Assembly (NCBI GenBank): GCA_044432745.1
Contig: JAWXUH010000003.1
Coordinates: 27,283-91,282, forward strand
Reading direction: 5' to 3'
Length of the DNA: 64,000 nt
Source: a bacterium
GTDB taxonomy: Bacteria; Bacillota_I; Bacilli_A; RF39; UBA660
Position numbers and translations under genes: made by a program. The notes under the pieces are model-generated. The model did no database searches and was not told the DNA's origin. It was given only the letters and a program-made list of their open reading frames with translations. The number at the start of each line of letters is the position of its first letter. Position 1 is the first letter of the stretch. Of the stretch, positions 21,638 through 32,216 are shown piece by piece.

Positions 21638-23734
21638 TTATCTTTTTTTCAAACCTTTATAATTAATAAGTACTTTCTTAATACCAAACCTTTTATCAAA
21701 AGCACAAGTTACAAATTTTTCATCTATAGCTGTTACTACACCTTTTCCAAACATAATATGCATTACGACATCACCTTCACTGTATGATGAAGATGTTGAA
21801 GAAGATGAAGAATAAATATTAGCTCTAGTTGGATTACTTGTTATAGTGTTAACTTTTTTATCAGTAGAAATATCTAATAAATTTTTATTTATTTCATCTA
21901 TGAATCTACTTGTTTTATGATCTTCAATCTTACCATACAACATTCTTCTATCACTACTTGAAATATATAATTTTTCTTTTGCTCTAGTAATAGCTACATA
22001 ACATAGTCTTCTTTCTTCTTCAAGTTCCATCTTAGAATTCAAAGAATTTACATGAGGTAAAATACCTTCTTCAAGACCTATTAAGAATACTACCTTAAAT
22101 TCAAGTCCTTTTGCTGCATGAATAGTCATTAGTGTAACTAAATCACTATCTTCTTTGTGTTCAGTTAAGTCAGCTACTAAAGATATTTCTTCTAAGAAAT
22201 CCTCTAAATTAGCAGAACCTGTTTCTTTTTGATAATTTTCAGTAATACTTCTAAATTCCATTAAGTTTTCTATTCTAAGATCTGCATCTAAAGTCTTCTC
22301 TGCCTTAAGTTCATCTATTATTCCAGATTTTTCAAGTACTAAATCTATTAATTCTGTTAAATCTAAATCAGCTCTAGTATCCTTTATATATTGGATTAAT
22401 TCTTTAAATGCATACTCTTTTCCTGAAGAAATAGCATCATATAAACATGTATGATTTTCATTTGCTACGTTTCTTATCTTCTCAACAGTACTATTACCTA
22501 TTCCTCTTTTAGGAACATTTATAATTCTCTCTAAAGATATATCATCATATGAATTAGATATTAATTTTAAATAAGCTATTAAATCCTTAATTTCTTTTCT
22601 TTTGTAGAATAAAAAACTTCCTACTACTCTGTATGGTATATTTCCCTTAATCATAGCTTCTTCAATACCACGTGACTGAGCATTAGTTCTATAAAATATA
22701 GCAAAATCTCTCTTAGAATATCCTTTTTCTAACAATTTCTTTATTTCACTTGCTACATATGTATTCTCATCTTTATCATTTGATGATTTATAATATTTAA
22801 TCAATTGTCCATCTCCAAGTTCTGAAAATAAATCAACGTCTTTTGTTTCAGTATTATTTTTTATTACATCGTTAGCTGCTTTTAATATATTTGTAGTACT
22901 TCTATAATTTTGATCTAAAGTTATAACTGAAACATTTGAAAAATCTTTTTCAAAATTCATTATATTTTTATAATTAGACCATCTAAATGAATAGATACTT
23001 TGATTAACATCACCTACTACAAAAATATTTTTATGTTTAGCACTAAGCATTTTAACAAGTTTATATTGAACTTCGTTAGTATCTTGATATTCATCAACTA
23101 AAATATATTTAAATTTTTCTTGATATTTTAAAAGAGTACTTGGATTTTCTTCAAATAATCTTACAGGTAACATTAACAAATCGTCAAAATCTATAGCATT
23201 ATTTTTAGATAAAATATCTACATATCTTCTATAAATTGTAACTACTTTTTTATCTATAAAATTAGTGAACTCTCTATCAATTCCTGATTCACTTAACATT
23301 TGATTCTTTATATAACTTATTTTATTTTTTATATAATTAACACTTATTTCCTTAGAATCTATAAGTAGGTCTTTCATTATTTTTTTTATAATACTACCTA
23401 CATCATCACTATCAATTATAGTAAAATTTTTCATTAGATTTAATTCTTCGTAATTCTCTCTAACTATTTTTACACCGAAGGAATGAAATGTTCCTACAAA
23501 AGCATAATTATAACCAATTATATTACTAAGTCTTACTCTCATTTCTTTTGCTGCTTTATTGGTAAACGTTATTGCTAGTATCTCGCTAGAATCAACATAA
23601 TTCTCTACTAAATAAGCAATTCTAGTAGTAAGAACCTTAGTCTTACCACTTCCTGCCCCTGCAACTACTAAGCATGGTCCTTCATTGTGAAGTACTGCTT
23701 TTTTTTGATTAACATTTAAACTATCTAAATTCAT
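21638..23734 (-). CDS. pcrA: ATP-dependent DNA helicase PcrA (UvrD family)
   Basis: Walker A AGAGSGKT, DEYQDTN, and the SF1 motifs QNYRS and TIHAAKGLEF. Confidence 0.93.
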   Translation of the reverse strand: MNLDSLNVNQKKAVLHNEGPCLVVAGAGSGKTKVLTTRIAYLVENYVDSSEILAITFTNKAAKEMRVRLSNIIGYNYAFVGTFHSFGVKIVRENYEELNLMKNFTIIDSDDVGSIIKKIMKDLLIDSKEISVNYIKNKISYIKNQMLSESGIDREFTNFIDKKVVTIYRRYVDILSKNNAIDFDDLLMLPVRLFEENPSTLLKYQEKFKYILVDEYQDTNEVQYKLVKMLSAKHKNIFVVGDVNQSIYSFRWSNYKNIMNFEKDFSNVSVITLDQNYRSTTNILKAANDVIKNNTETKDVDLFSELGDGQLIKYYKSSNDKDENTYVASEIKKLLEKGYSKRDFAIFYRTNAQSRGIEEAMIKGNIPYRVVGSFLFYKRKEIKDLIAYLKLISNSYDDISLERIINVPKRGIGNSTVEKIRNVANENHTCLYDAISSGKEYAFKELIQYIKDTRADLDLTELIDLVLEKSGIIDELKAEKTLDADLRIENLMEFRSITENYQKETGSANLEDFLEEISLVADLTEHKEDSDLVTLMTIHAAKGLEFKVVFLIGLEEGILPHVNSLNSKMELEEERRLCYVAITRAKEKLYISSSDRRMLYGKIEDHKTSRFIDEINKNLLDISTDKKVNTITSNPTRANIYSSSSSTSSSYSEGDVVMHIMFGKGVVTAIDEKFVTCAFDKRFGIKKVLINYKGLKKR

Positions 23735-23770
23735 TATACACTCCTTAATACAAATTCATTATATCAAATA

Positions 23771-23795
23771 AAAAAAGGTTATAAAACCTTTTTTA
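23771..23795 (-). terminator. Terminator after the LCP gene
   Basis: AAAAGGTT-ATAA-AACCTTTT with flanking A and T runs. Confidence 0.6.
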
Positions 23796-23809
23796 CACAT
23801 AATTTAAAA

Positions 23810-25792
23810 TTAATTTTCCTCTAATTCATTAGTAGGCATAATATCATCTAATCCTGGTGATTCTTCAGTAGTATCATCTTCAACTTCAGGTTCTTCATAA
23901 TGTTCTTCTGCAGGTTCTTCCTCTATTTCAGGAACAACAGGAGTTGTATTTATGATAGCACCATTTATATAAAGTGTTACTGCAGAAACATTATTAAGTA
24001 ATGTTTTTTCTCTAACAGATTGTGCACCTATTACACCAGTAGAAACTCCTGAATTATAATAATCACTCGTAGAATCTACTGTTACAAAAGAACATACAAT
24101 GTTATTAGTACTACAATATGTTCTAGCAGAAGTCTCACCCATACCAACGAAACTTGTTAATGCTAAATATGAAGTTTCAGATTTGTAACCAGTTCCTGAT
24201 ATTTTTTGTTCGTATATTTCTCCTCTTTCAAAACTAAATGTAGTAATAATTTCTTCTTCATCTAATTCTAAATTATATCTCATTGTTTGAATAATATCAT
24301 CAAGAGAATCTTTATAATATCCAAGTCCTGCTGTTTCTGCACCATAACTTGGCATATAAACTCTTAAGTCATAATATTCTAAATAACTTTTTTCTATATT
24401 AATAATGTCTCCACCTGTAAGGGCATTAGCTAACATTGATTTTAATACATCATATGATGATAAAATTTGACTAGCTGACATGTTAGTAACTATATTTTTT
24501 TCAACTGCTTTTAAAATAGATTCAAAAGTAACATAGCTATTTATATTCATAGCACTGTCTGCAAGTGCACTTATAACTTGTTGTTGATGAGCAATTCTGT
24601 CTATATCTCCAAACAAATATAATTTTCTATTTCTTGCATATGCTAAAGCTTGTTCTCCATCAAGAAGTTGAACTCCTGAATCAAAACAAATTAAATTATC
24701 TCCGAATTGTCTATTAGAATCTTGTTCACAGACTCTTCCGTCATAAGTATCGTAATATGGTTCTTCTACGTCTACCTCAATTCCTCCAAGCGCATCAACT
24801 AAGTCTACTACTCCTTTAAAATTGATTTTAACGTAATAATCTACATCTATTCCTGTTAAGTTTTCAACTGTATCAATTACACAAGAAGTTGAATATGTTG
24901 CTGATGAATTTATTTTTGCTATAGCATTATTATTACATGCTATTGGCACCATCAAATCTCTTGGTAAACTAAACATAGTTACATTCAGTGTTATTGGATT
25001 AAAAGTAATCATCATAAGAGTATCACCATTAAATGCAGCTGAATCATTTAATCCATCTACAGTTGAATCTACTCCCATAATCAAAAACGTTAATGGTTCA
25101 TCAAAAGTTTTATTTGTAGAATTTACTATATCTGTATTAGTTCTCTCTTCACTGTGCGTATAAATAACTTCAGTGTCATCAAGAAAATCTTCAAATTCTT
25201 CTTCACTTTGATATAATGAAATGTAATTATTTTGCATAAATGCAGCATCAATTTCACCATCAAACAAAGCATATAACATCATAATATAAGTATCGTAATA
25301 TACAATTTCATTTTCTAAAGATTGATCTTCAATTATTGAGTTGGCAAGTAAATATCCTTCAACATCTTCTTCATTTGTTATCATTCCTATTATAGAACTT
25401 TCGTCAAATTCTGATTCATCATAAATAACTAATTTTGAAGTGTAATTCAAACTACTACTTTCTCCAACGTTTTCAATACTACTAAAAACATCAGAAATTA
25501 ATGTAGATGACATTATCAATATTAATGATAATAAAAAAGTAAAAAAGTTAAACGACAATGATTTTGTATATTTTTTTATAGTAATTTTTGCAAAACTATA
25601 TAAAGTAGAATATAAAAGATATATAAATAAAATACCTATTGCTAAGTATCTTAAAAAATTTTCTATACCTTCTAAATACAATAAACTAGTAGTTATTTTT
25701 ACAAAACTAAATACAAATAAGATAGTTGTTAACAGATAGATTAAAATAACTAATTTGTTTCTTTTAAGAAACTTATCAAATAACTTCTTCAT
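23810..25792 (-). CDS. LCP (LytR-CpsA-Psr) family cell-wall glycopolymer ligase with a long C-terminal extension
   Basis: Multi-TM N-terminus and an LCP core (FLIMGVDS..GDTLMMITF..SLPRDL..INSSATY..GGIEVDV). Acidic C-terminal tail. Confidence 0.8.
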   Translation of the reverse strand: MKKLFDKFLKRNKLVILIYLLTTILFVFSFVKITTSLLYLEGIENFLRYLAIGILFIYLLYSTLYSFAKITIKKYTKSLSFNFFTFLLSLILIMSSTLISDVFSSIENVGESSSLNYTSKLVIYDESEFDESSIIGMITNEEDVEGYLLANSIIEDQSLENEIVYYDTYIMMLYALFDGEIDAAFMQNNYISLYQSEEEFEDFLDDTEVIYTHSEERTNTDIVNSTNKTFDEPLTFLIMGVDSTVDGLNDSAAFNGDTLMMITFNPITLNVTMFSLPRDLMVPIACNNNAIAKINSSATYSTSCVIDTVENLTGIDVDYYVKINFKGVVDLVDALGGIEVDVEEPYYDTYDGRVCEQDSNRQFGDNLICFDSGVQLLDGEQALAYARNRKLYLFGDIDRIAHQQQVISALADSAMNINSYVTFESILKAVEKNIVTNMSASQILSSYDVLKSMLANALTGGDIINIEKSYLEYYDLRVYMPSYGAETAGLGYYKDSLDDIIQTMRYNLELDEEEIITTFSFERGEIYEQKISGTGYKSETSYLALTSFVGMGETSARTYCSTNNIVCSFVTVDSTSDYYNSGVSTGVIGAQSVREKTLLNNVSAVTLYINGAIINTTPVVPEIEEEPAEEHYEEPEVEDDTTEESPGLDDIMPTNELEEN

Positions 25793-26397
25793 TAACTTTC
25801 TCCCATATATTCTATTATTTCAAGTTTATCATCAACTTTAATAATCATAAAACTACCACTAGTATCATAACCTAAATCTTTTTTATAATCAAAAGTGACT
25901 TCTACATAATATCCAGTATATTCATTAACCTCATAAAGAATATTATCCTCAGAAACATTTTCTACTGTAACTTCAATTATTTCAGGTAATTCAGAATATT
26001 CCATAGTACTTACATATTTATACATTGTATCAGTTGATTTCGAAGAAACGTATTCACTTATATCACTATGCATAAATTCTATTCCACCTACATCATATTT
26101 ACTAACCTTGTTATTTAGTGTGTAAAAATCTATTATAAACATTTTACTAATTTGTTGAGCGTACAATTCATAATCGATTGTTTCTGATTCAAGTATTTCT
26201 TTTAAAATATAAAATTCTTCTTCGTATAAAACAGTGTCTCTATCATATAAATTATAATCAAAATTTTCTATACTATCTATTTTATTAACTACTGTATTGC
26301 TACCTTCACTACTTTTAAAATAAAGAATAAATGCCAAAATAGCTACTATTAAAATTGCAACAATAAATATTAAAAATTTTAAATTAATCTTCTTCAT
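25792..26397 (-). CDS. Membrane-anchored hypothetical protein
   Basis: 201 aa with an N-terminal TM. Translationally coupled, overlapping both neighbours. Confidence 0.5.
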   Translation of the reverse strand: MKKINLKFLIFIVAILIVAILAFILYFKSSEGSNTVVNKIDSIENFDYNLYDRDTVLYEEEFYILKEILESETIDYELYAQQISKMFIIDFYTLNNKVSKYDVGGIEFMHSDISEYVSSKSTDTMYKYVSTMEYSELPEIIEVTVENVSEDNILYEVNEYTGYYVEVTFDYKKDLGYDTSGSFMIIKVDDKLEIIEYMGES

Positions 26398-28420
26398 CAG
26401 CTTTTCTTTCCTCTTTAATTATTAAATCGTATACAATAATACCATTTGATACTTCTAGTATTTTAATTGTTTCGCCTAGGTAATATGAAATATACTCTTC
26501 ATCTAAAATTACGTTGTCTTTTAGTATTTTGTATTCTTCTAAAGAACTATTATAGTAAATATGACTTGTTAAGAAATTAGAACTTGGAAAACTTACAAAA
26601 TTATCATCTTTAACAGTAAAGATATCATTTCCAAGTGCATACTCATTAACTAAACCATACATATTTAATATAGTTGGTGATAAATCAATCATACCCATTG
26701 GATAATCATACTCGCCTACAAATACTTTTCTTAATTCTTCATTCTTAGTCCAGAATATTAAAGGTGTACTTTTATTTAATTCATGATCGTAAGAATCATA
26801 AGATACATCTAAATCAAATTCTCCTGTTTCTTGATTATATGACAAATAATTTCTCATTTCTTTTTCTGAGAATTTAGCATCATGATCACCATAGAATACA
26901 AATAAAGTATCTTCAAAGTTATCACTTTCTCTTACCATATCCATAAATACTCCAAGAGCGTAATCACCATAATGAACGTTAGTAAAATAATCTGCTAATT
27001 TAGATGTATAAAAATTATAAGTATCTTCTACTTCTTCAGCATCTTCATCATCACCTTTTTCTTCTACTTCTGTTTTAAATGACATATCATAATCTATAAA
27101 ATTATCTGCATCTGTAAACGGTGAATGATTAGATAAAGTAATTACTGTACCCATATAATTTTTATTGTTGTTTTCAATTTCTACTAAATAATCAAAAGAT
27201 TGTTCAAAGAACATTAAATCGTTAATACCTAAACCTAGTATATCTTCCTCTGTATAGTCATATTTATCTTCGTAAAAATAATTTTTATAACCTAAAGATG
27301 GATGAGCGTTAAGTCTATTCCACATACTAAAGTTATTACCATGCATACTAAATGTATAATATTCTTGTTCATTCAATATTTTAGGTAACGTTTGATAATA
27401 TCTATTGTAATAAGTTACAAATACTGTACCACTTGAAGTAGGCATTAAACTTGAAAGTAACGTAAATTCAGTATCACTTGAAGTACCTGTTGATATTTGA
27501 GGGAAGAAATTACTAAAATACATTCCTTCTTCTGCTAATTTATTTGTATTAGGTGTAACATCTACTCCGTTAAAATTAACATCTAGTAAAAATGTTTGTA
27601 CACTTTCCATATGAACAAATATAATATTCTTTCCTTCAAGAATACCTGTATATTCGTTTTCTACTGGCGCTTCTTTTTCATCAAAATATGCATGAAATGC
27701 TTCTGCTGCATCATCATATCCTATGAATGAAAATAACCTAGGAGATATAGTTAAAAAGGAATCATTAAGTTGATAAAACAATAAACTAAACCTTTGAACT
27801 GTAGACACCCTATTCCATTGATTAGATAAACGGCTCAAATCAGTTCCTGTACTTGTAGAAATTACAAAAAACATTAATACTGTAGCAACAATTCCATTTA
27901 GAAAAACATCTCTTTTTCTAAATCCTCTTTTTTCATTTATATAAAAATAACAACTTTTTTTAAGTTTTTTATTATAATAATAAAAAATAAGCGGCGATAA
28001 AATAAAGACGAAATCTAAAATAGACAATTTTGCGAATAACGAATCAACAACTGTACCTGTTTGACCTAAAGTCATAAATTCACTAAGTGATGCAAATGAA
28101 GTATAAAATTTATAATAAATTACATTTACAACCTGTATTGTTCCAAAAAAATATATCATACAAGTTAAAAATTTGTATTTATTTTTTTCTTTAAAAAAAA
28201 GTGATATCGCAACGCAGATTAATGACAAAGATAAATCTATTAAAAAAGATCTAATTGTAAAAAATTCTCCTAAAGTCATATATCTTGCAAAAGCAAAACT
28301 AGTTAAAGATAATAAAATAAACATAATAGCTAATTTATTATGTAAAAAATAATTTACTATATTATTTTTTATATCTAAACTATTTATATTCAAACGTTTT
28401 TTCAAATCTAATTTATTCAT
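26384..28420 (-). CDS. ltaS: LTA synthase family protein (sulfatase domain)
   Basis: Five N-terminal TM helices plus an extracellular sulfatase-like domain (FVHMES..TGTSSDTEF..SNHSPF..YGDHD). Confidence 0.8.
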   Translation of the reverse strand: MNKLDLKKRLNINSLDIKNNIVNYFLHNKLAIMFILLSLTSFAFARYMTLGEFFTIRSFLIDLSLSLICVAISLFFKEKNKYKFLTCMIYFFGTIQVVNVIYYKFYTSFASLSEFMTLGQTGTVVDSLFAKLSILDFVFILSPLIFYYYNKKLKKSCYFYINEKRGFRKRDVFLNGIVATVLMFFVISTSTGTDLSRLSNQWNRVSTVQRFSLLFYQLNDSFLTISPRLFSFIGYDDAAEAFHAYFDEKEAPVENEYTGILEGKNIIFVHMESVQTFLLDVNFNGVDVTPNTNKLAEEGMYFSNFFPQISTGTSSDTEFTLLSSLMPTSSGTVFVTYYNRYYQTLPKILNEQEYYTFSMHGNNFSMWNRLNAHPSLGYKNYFYEDKYDYTEEDILGLGINDLMFFEQSFDYLVEIENNNKNYMGTVITLSNHSPFTDADNFIDYDMSFKTEVEEKGDDEDAEEVEDTYNFYTSKLADYFTNVHYGDYALGVFMDMVRESDNFEDTLFVFYGDHDAKFSEKEMRNYLSYNQETGEFDLDVSYDSYDHELNKSTPLIFWTKNEELRKVFVGEYDYPMGMIDLSPTILNMYGLVNEYALGNDIFTVKDDNFVSFPSSNFLTSHIYYNSSLEEYKILKDNVILDEEYISYYLGETIKILEVSNGIIVYDLIIKEERKADEED

Positions 28421-28479
28421 CTGTTAACCTTCCCATGTATCATAATTATAACAAAATTATTTGTTCTTTTCAATAAGTC

Positions 28480-28508
28480 TTGCAAAATATTATGTTATTT
28501 GATATTAT
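28480..28508 (+). promoter_or_regulatory. Promoter of tRNA-Gly
   Basis: TTGCAA (28480-28485), 17 nt spacer, TATTAT (28503-28508), ending 8 nt before the tRNA 5' end. Confidence 0.55.
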
Positions 28509-28516
28509 TTATACAC

Positions 28517-28591
28517 GCAGGTGTAGTATAATGGTTAATATATAACCTTGCCAAGGTTGAGATGGGAGTTCGATTCTCCTCACTTGCTCCA
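28517..28591 (+). tRNA. tRNA-Gly (anticodon GCC) with encoded CCA
   Basis: Acceptor stem GCAGGTG/CACTTGC, anticodon stem AACC/GGTT with loop TTGCCAA, T-arm GGGAGTTCGATTCTCC, then TCCA. Confidence 0.9.
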
Positions 28592-28670
28592 AAAGATAAT
28601 ACAGTCGAACTTAATAGGTTCGATTTTTTAGTGTATAAATTACATGTATTTGAAAGAATTGATTTATTCA
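28581..28670 (+). repeat. Copy 1 of the tRNA 3'-end/terminator flank repeat
   Basis: CACTTGCTCCAAAAGATAAT..TCGAAC-N7-GTTCGATTTTTT..GTATAAATT..ATTTATTCA. Includes a rho-independent terminator at 28605-28629. Confidence 0.7.
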
Positions 28671-28728
28671 ATTTTGTTTTGTATAATAATTTTAATTATA
28701 AAATTCATTTTCATAAGGAGTGAGTAAA

Positions 28729-29229
28729 TTGAAAAAATATAAAACGGGTATATTTATCGGCAAATTTTTCCCATTTCATAACGGTCATCTAAAATGTTTA
28801 ATTGAACTAAATAAATTATGTGATACTGTATATTTAATTTTATACTACGATCATGAAAATGAACTAAATTTACTTAAAGAATTTAATTATAATATTGATT
28901 TAAGATATCAAGATATCAAAAAAATAACTGAAAATATGAATGTAAAATGTTTTTTATATAATAATTCTAAAGGCTATAAATTTCCGGATGATTTTTTGCT
29001 AATAAAGTCGGCTATATTCAAATTAATTAACGTAAAAGAAATAGATTTACAAATAATTGGTGCAAATGAAGAAGCAATATATTCAAAATATATATATGCT
29101 AATAAATATATAGTTTTAAAAAGAAATAAAGTTCATGAAAATGAATTATCTGCAACAATAATTAGAAAAGATTTCGAGAAATATAAAATGCACTTACCAA
29201 ATGTTATTTTAAATAGATTTGATAAATGA
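28729..29229 (+). CDS. Cytidylyltransferase-fold nucleotidyltransferase (NMN adenylyltransferase / NadR-like)
   Basis: HxGH motif FPFHNGH and ISATIIR (ISSTxxR-like). A likely TTG start at 28729 lies 8 nt after AAGGAG; the frame is open from GTG 28720. Confidence 0.6.
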   Translation: MKKYKTGIFIGKFFPFHNGHLKCLIELNKLCDTVYLILYYDHENELNLLKEFNYNIDLRYQDIKKITENMNVKCFLYNNSKGYKFPDDFLLIKSAIFKLINVKEIDLQIIGANEEAIYSKYIYANKYIVLKRNKVHENELSATIIRKDFEKYKMHLPNVILNRFDK

Positions 29230-29296
29230 TATGATAAAAATATTGTTTTTTAAAACTTTTAGTGTTAATTAACAATCATCTTGTAGATATCATTGA

Positions 29297-29380
29297 CTAC
29301 TGCTTCAAAAGATAATTGTATCGAACTTTAATGTTCGATTTTTTTATGTATAAATTTATCAGATCATATAAATTTATTCA
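29297..29380 (+). repeat. Copy 2 of the tRNA 3'-end/terminator flank repeat
   Basis: CTACTGCTTCAAAAGATAAT..TCGAAC-N6-GTTCGATTTTTTT..GTATAAATT..ATTTATTCA. By eye roughly four fifths identical to copy 1. Terminator at 29321-29345. Confidence 0.7.
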
Positions 29381-29397
29381 AAAAAAAAAAAAAAAAA
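29380..29397. repeat. A18 homopolymer
   Basis: 18 consecutive A immediately after repeat copy 2, in an intergenic position. Confidence 0.9.
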
Positions 29398-29482
29398 CAT
29401 ATAATAACAACAAAGTAATCTAGAAAACAATTTACTTTAATTATGTATTTTAAAGATATATCAAATCAGTTTAGTATAGTAT

Positions 29483-30196
29483 TTATTTTGTTCTTTTTAA
29501 TTCATATCCTTTTACTTTTTCTGAACTCCATACATCTAATCCCATACTAAAATCTTCTCTCAAACCTTTACTAATAACTAATTCATTGAATTCTAATATT
29601 TTATTTTCTAATTGAGAATTATTTTCTATGATGATACCAAAATTCCAACCTAAAAATTGATCTAAAAATCCGTTTATAAAATACTTTTTAGCTTCTAATA
29701 GCTGCTCTTTTTTAACTTTGTTATTACGAATAGAATCTTTTGTTAAAACCAAAGAAGCTTTTCCTATATAATTAGGCACAATTTCATCTGTTAATTTAAT
29801 TGCAAAGCTATTTGATGCAATAAACACATTATCATCTATATAATTTTCATATAGATTAATCATTTTTAAAATGATATCATCTAAGTTTGTAATATTTTCA
29901 AATGAAAATTGATTGTCCATAATTTTATCTTTTTTTTCATTATACCAAACAATTGGACAAGTAGGCATCCCATCGTTTGCAGGATACAACAACATGTATT
30001 TACCATCATATAAATAACAAGAATTTTCATATTTTTTGTTATGATTTGTTTTACTTTTTACTTCTTCTAAATATTCAATATTATTATCTTTTGCTATCAT
30101 CGTAGCATCGATTTCACCATAATTGTAATGAAGCAATATTTGTTTTTTGCATATAAGTAATTTTTTCTTTATATTATTTAAATTTTCTTTTATCAT
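29483..30196 (-). CDS. Hypothetical protein
   Basis: 237-aa ORF with no recognised motif. Confidence 0.45.
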   Translation of the reverse strand: MIKENLNNIKKKLLICKKQILLHYNYGEIDATMIAKDNNIEYLEEVKSKTNHNKKYENSCYLYDGKYMLLYPANDGMPTCPIVWYNEKKDKIMDNQFSFENITNLDDIILKMINLYENYIDDNVFIASNSFAIKLTDEIVPNYIGKASLVLTKDSIRNNKVKKEQLLEAKKYFINGFLDQFLGWNFGIIIENNSQLENKILEFNELVISKGLREDFSMGLDVWSSEKVKGYELKRTK

Positions 30197-30375
30197 TATT
30201 TTTTCCTTTTTTATTAAAAATATAATAACCTATTTTATGTACTATTTCAACCTGAAAAAAATTTAAGATTCAATTAAAAAGTTAAAAATGCTAACATTAT
30301 AAGATTAATTGAGTATTATTTTTTTAATTCATGCAAATAAAAAATGATTCTCTCGAACCATTTTATAGATTTTTA

Positions 30376-30963
30376 TTAAATCGTAAGAAGTAAAAAAATA
30401 ATAATAACAATTAATAAAATAATTATTTTTTTAGATTCTTCTTTAAAATTGCTAATATCTAATATTTTATATTCTTTTTTCAAAGTACATATATCGCATA
30501 TAAAACCTAATATAAATAATCCTGTAATAGCTATGCTAGAACCGAACATAAAAAAGATGATCAACCAACCTGCACTTGATTCTGATTCATAACCACTTAA
30601 TTTTTGTTGAACATCTAAATAGTAACTTACAAGCATTACAAATGTAGCAAAAATTGAATAAATAAGTGGCCAATGTACTGTTTTAAGCCATTTAGATTTT
30701 ATTTTTATATATTTATATATCATATCAATATAAATACAAAATAATAATCCTATAAATATGTATACAATTGGATTTAAAAAATTAATGTTGAACGTTATGC
30801 TATCTGTTATTTTTTCTATACCTTCTCCAGATAACAAAAGAATTATAAATATTAGTACTAATTTACTAAAAAAAATAAAATTTGCTATTTTATTATTTTT
30901 TTTCTTTTCAAAAAGATTATCTTTTTGTTCTGATACATTAAGTATATCTTGATTCTCATTCAT
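30376..30963 (-). CDS. Polytopic membrane protein, unknown function
   Basis: ATG at 30963 lies 7 nt after AGGTGA; the ORF is open from 31029. About five TM helices. Confidence 0.5.
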   Translation of the reverse strand: MNENQDILNVSEQKDNLFEKKKNNKIANFIFFSKLVLIFIILLLSGEGIEKITDSITFNINFLNPIVYIFIGLLFCIYIDMIYKYIKIKSKWLKTVHWPLIYSIFATFVMLVSYYLDVQQKLSGYESESSAGWLIIFFMFGSSIAITGLFILGFICDICTLKKEYKILDISNFKEESKKIIILLIVIIIFLLLTI

Positions 30964-31162
30964 TTTATATTCACCTATTAAAATTATAACATAAATAAAC
31001 GAATAATTTAATATTTCAAGCCTTATCAATAAAAAATAAAATTAAGTATAATATTTTTATCACTTACAAAAAAACTCACTAGATATATATCCTAATTAAG
31101 ATATTTACCTTTGTGAATTATATATTCGTTTTAATTATAAACTTAAATTTTTGATAATGCTA

Positions 31163-31936
31163 TTATCTCCAACGTAGATCAGGAATTTCATAATAATATT
31201 GTTCATCACCACTATTATAAATAATAGTTATTTCGTCGTTAAGACCTGCAGCAATGAAATTTGCATAGATATTATTTAAAATAGTTATTTCATCCGATTT
31301 AATTACATCCTTGTATATATTAATTCTTATTTCCACTCCAGTCTTTGAAAAATTAGTAAGCGAATAATTAAAAGTATATTCGTAATTAGAATAATGCTCA
31401 TGAATTATAGGAGTATATTTGTTTTCTATAATATTATTTATTTCTTGTTCTAACATTATTGTTTCATAATCATCTTTATATACACCATCTGATGCAGTTA
31501 CTGAAAATTCAACACCATCTTCACTTACTATTTCTGCTATTATATTATCGTAACTAAACATTTTGTAATTAAAATTCATAATAGACAATCCACCAGATGA
31601 ATTTGTTTTAGGTCTTCTTTCTATTTTAATTTTCGATTCCACTATTTCAAAATTTTCATTGTACTTTTCATTTAAATATAAAAGTAAATTATCTTTTTCT
31701 TTACCTGTTAAATCCCTAGAAACCGAACCAACTATACATATAACTAAAACTAGAAATAAAACAACTATTTGTTTTTTATAATTATTCTTTTTATTAATTA
31801 TAGAAAGAACAATCAATATAAGCAATGGAACATAACCTTGTCCAAAATAAATTAATGTCAAAATTATCATAAGTAATATTATACATAATACTATGTATAT
31901 AAATTTACCTGTATTTTTTACTATATCATTATCCAT
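31163..31936 (-). CDS. Membrane-anchored hypothetical protein
   Basis: 257 aa with three N-terminal TM helices and a soluble C-terminal domain. Confidence 0.45.
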   Translation of the reverse strand: MDNDIVKNTGKFIYIVLCIILLMIILTLIYFGQGYVPLLILIVLSIINKKNNYKKQIVVLFLVLVICIVGSVSRDLTGKEKDNLLLYLNEKYNENFEIVESKIKIERRPKTNSSGGLSIMNFNYKMFSYDNIIAEIVSEDGVEFSVTASDGVYKDDYETIMLEQEINNIIENKYTPIIHEHYSNYEYTFNYSLTNFSKTGVEIRINIYKDVIKSDEITILNNIYANFIAAGLNDEITIIYNSGDEQYYYEIPDLRWR

Positions 31937-32216
31937 ACTCTACCTCATCAAATTATTAAAATATTTTAACTATTTTATAATAATTACATTATAAACTATA
32001 AATATCAAAATTACAATATATTACAATAAAATAGGAATATCAAACTATTCTATATTTTATACAAATATTTAATTGATTAAATTCTATTTTTAATTCAATT
32101 TTAGAGATAAAATTAATAAAATCTACTTATTTTTATAATTTAATATAGTATAATTAATAAGGTTTAAATGTATTTCAATATTAAACTAGTAGAAATAAAA
32201 ATAGAAAGGATTAAAA

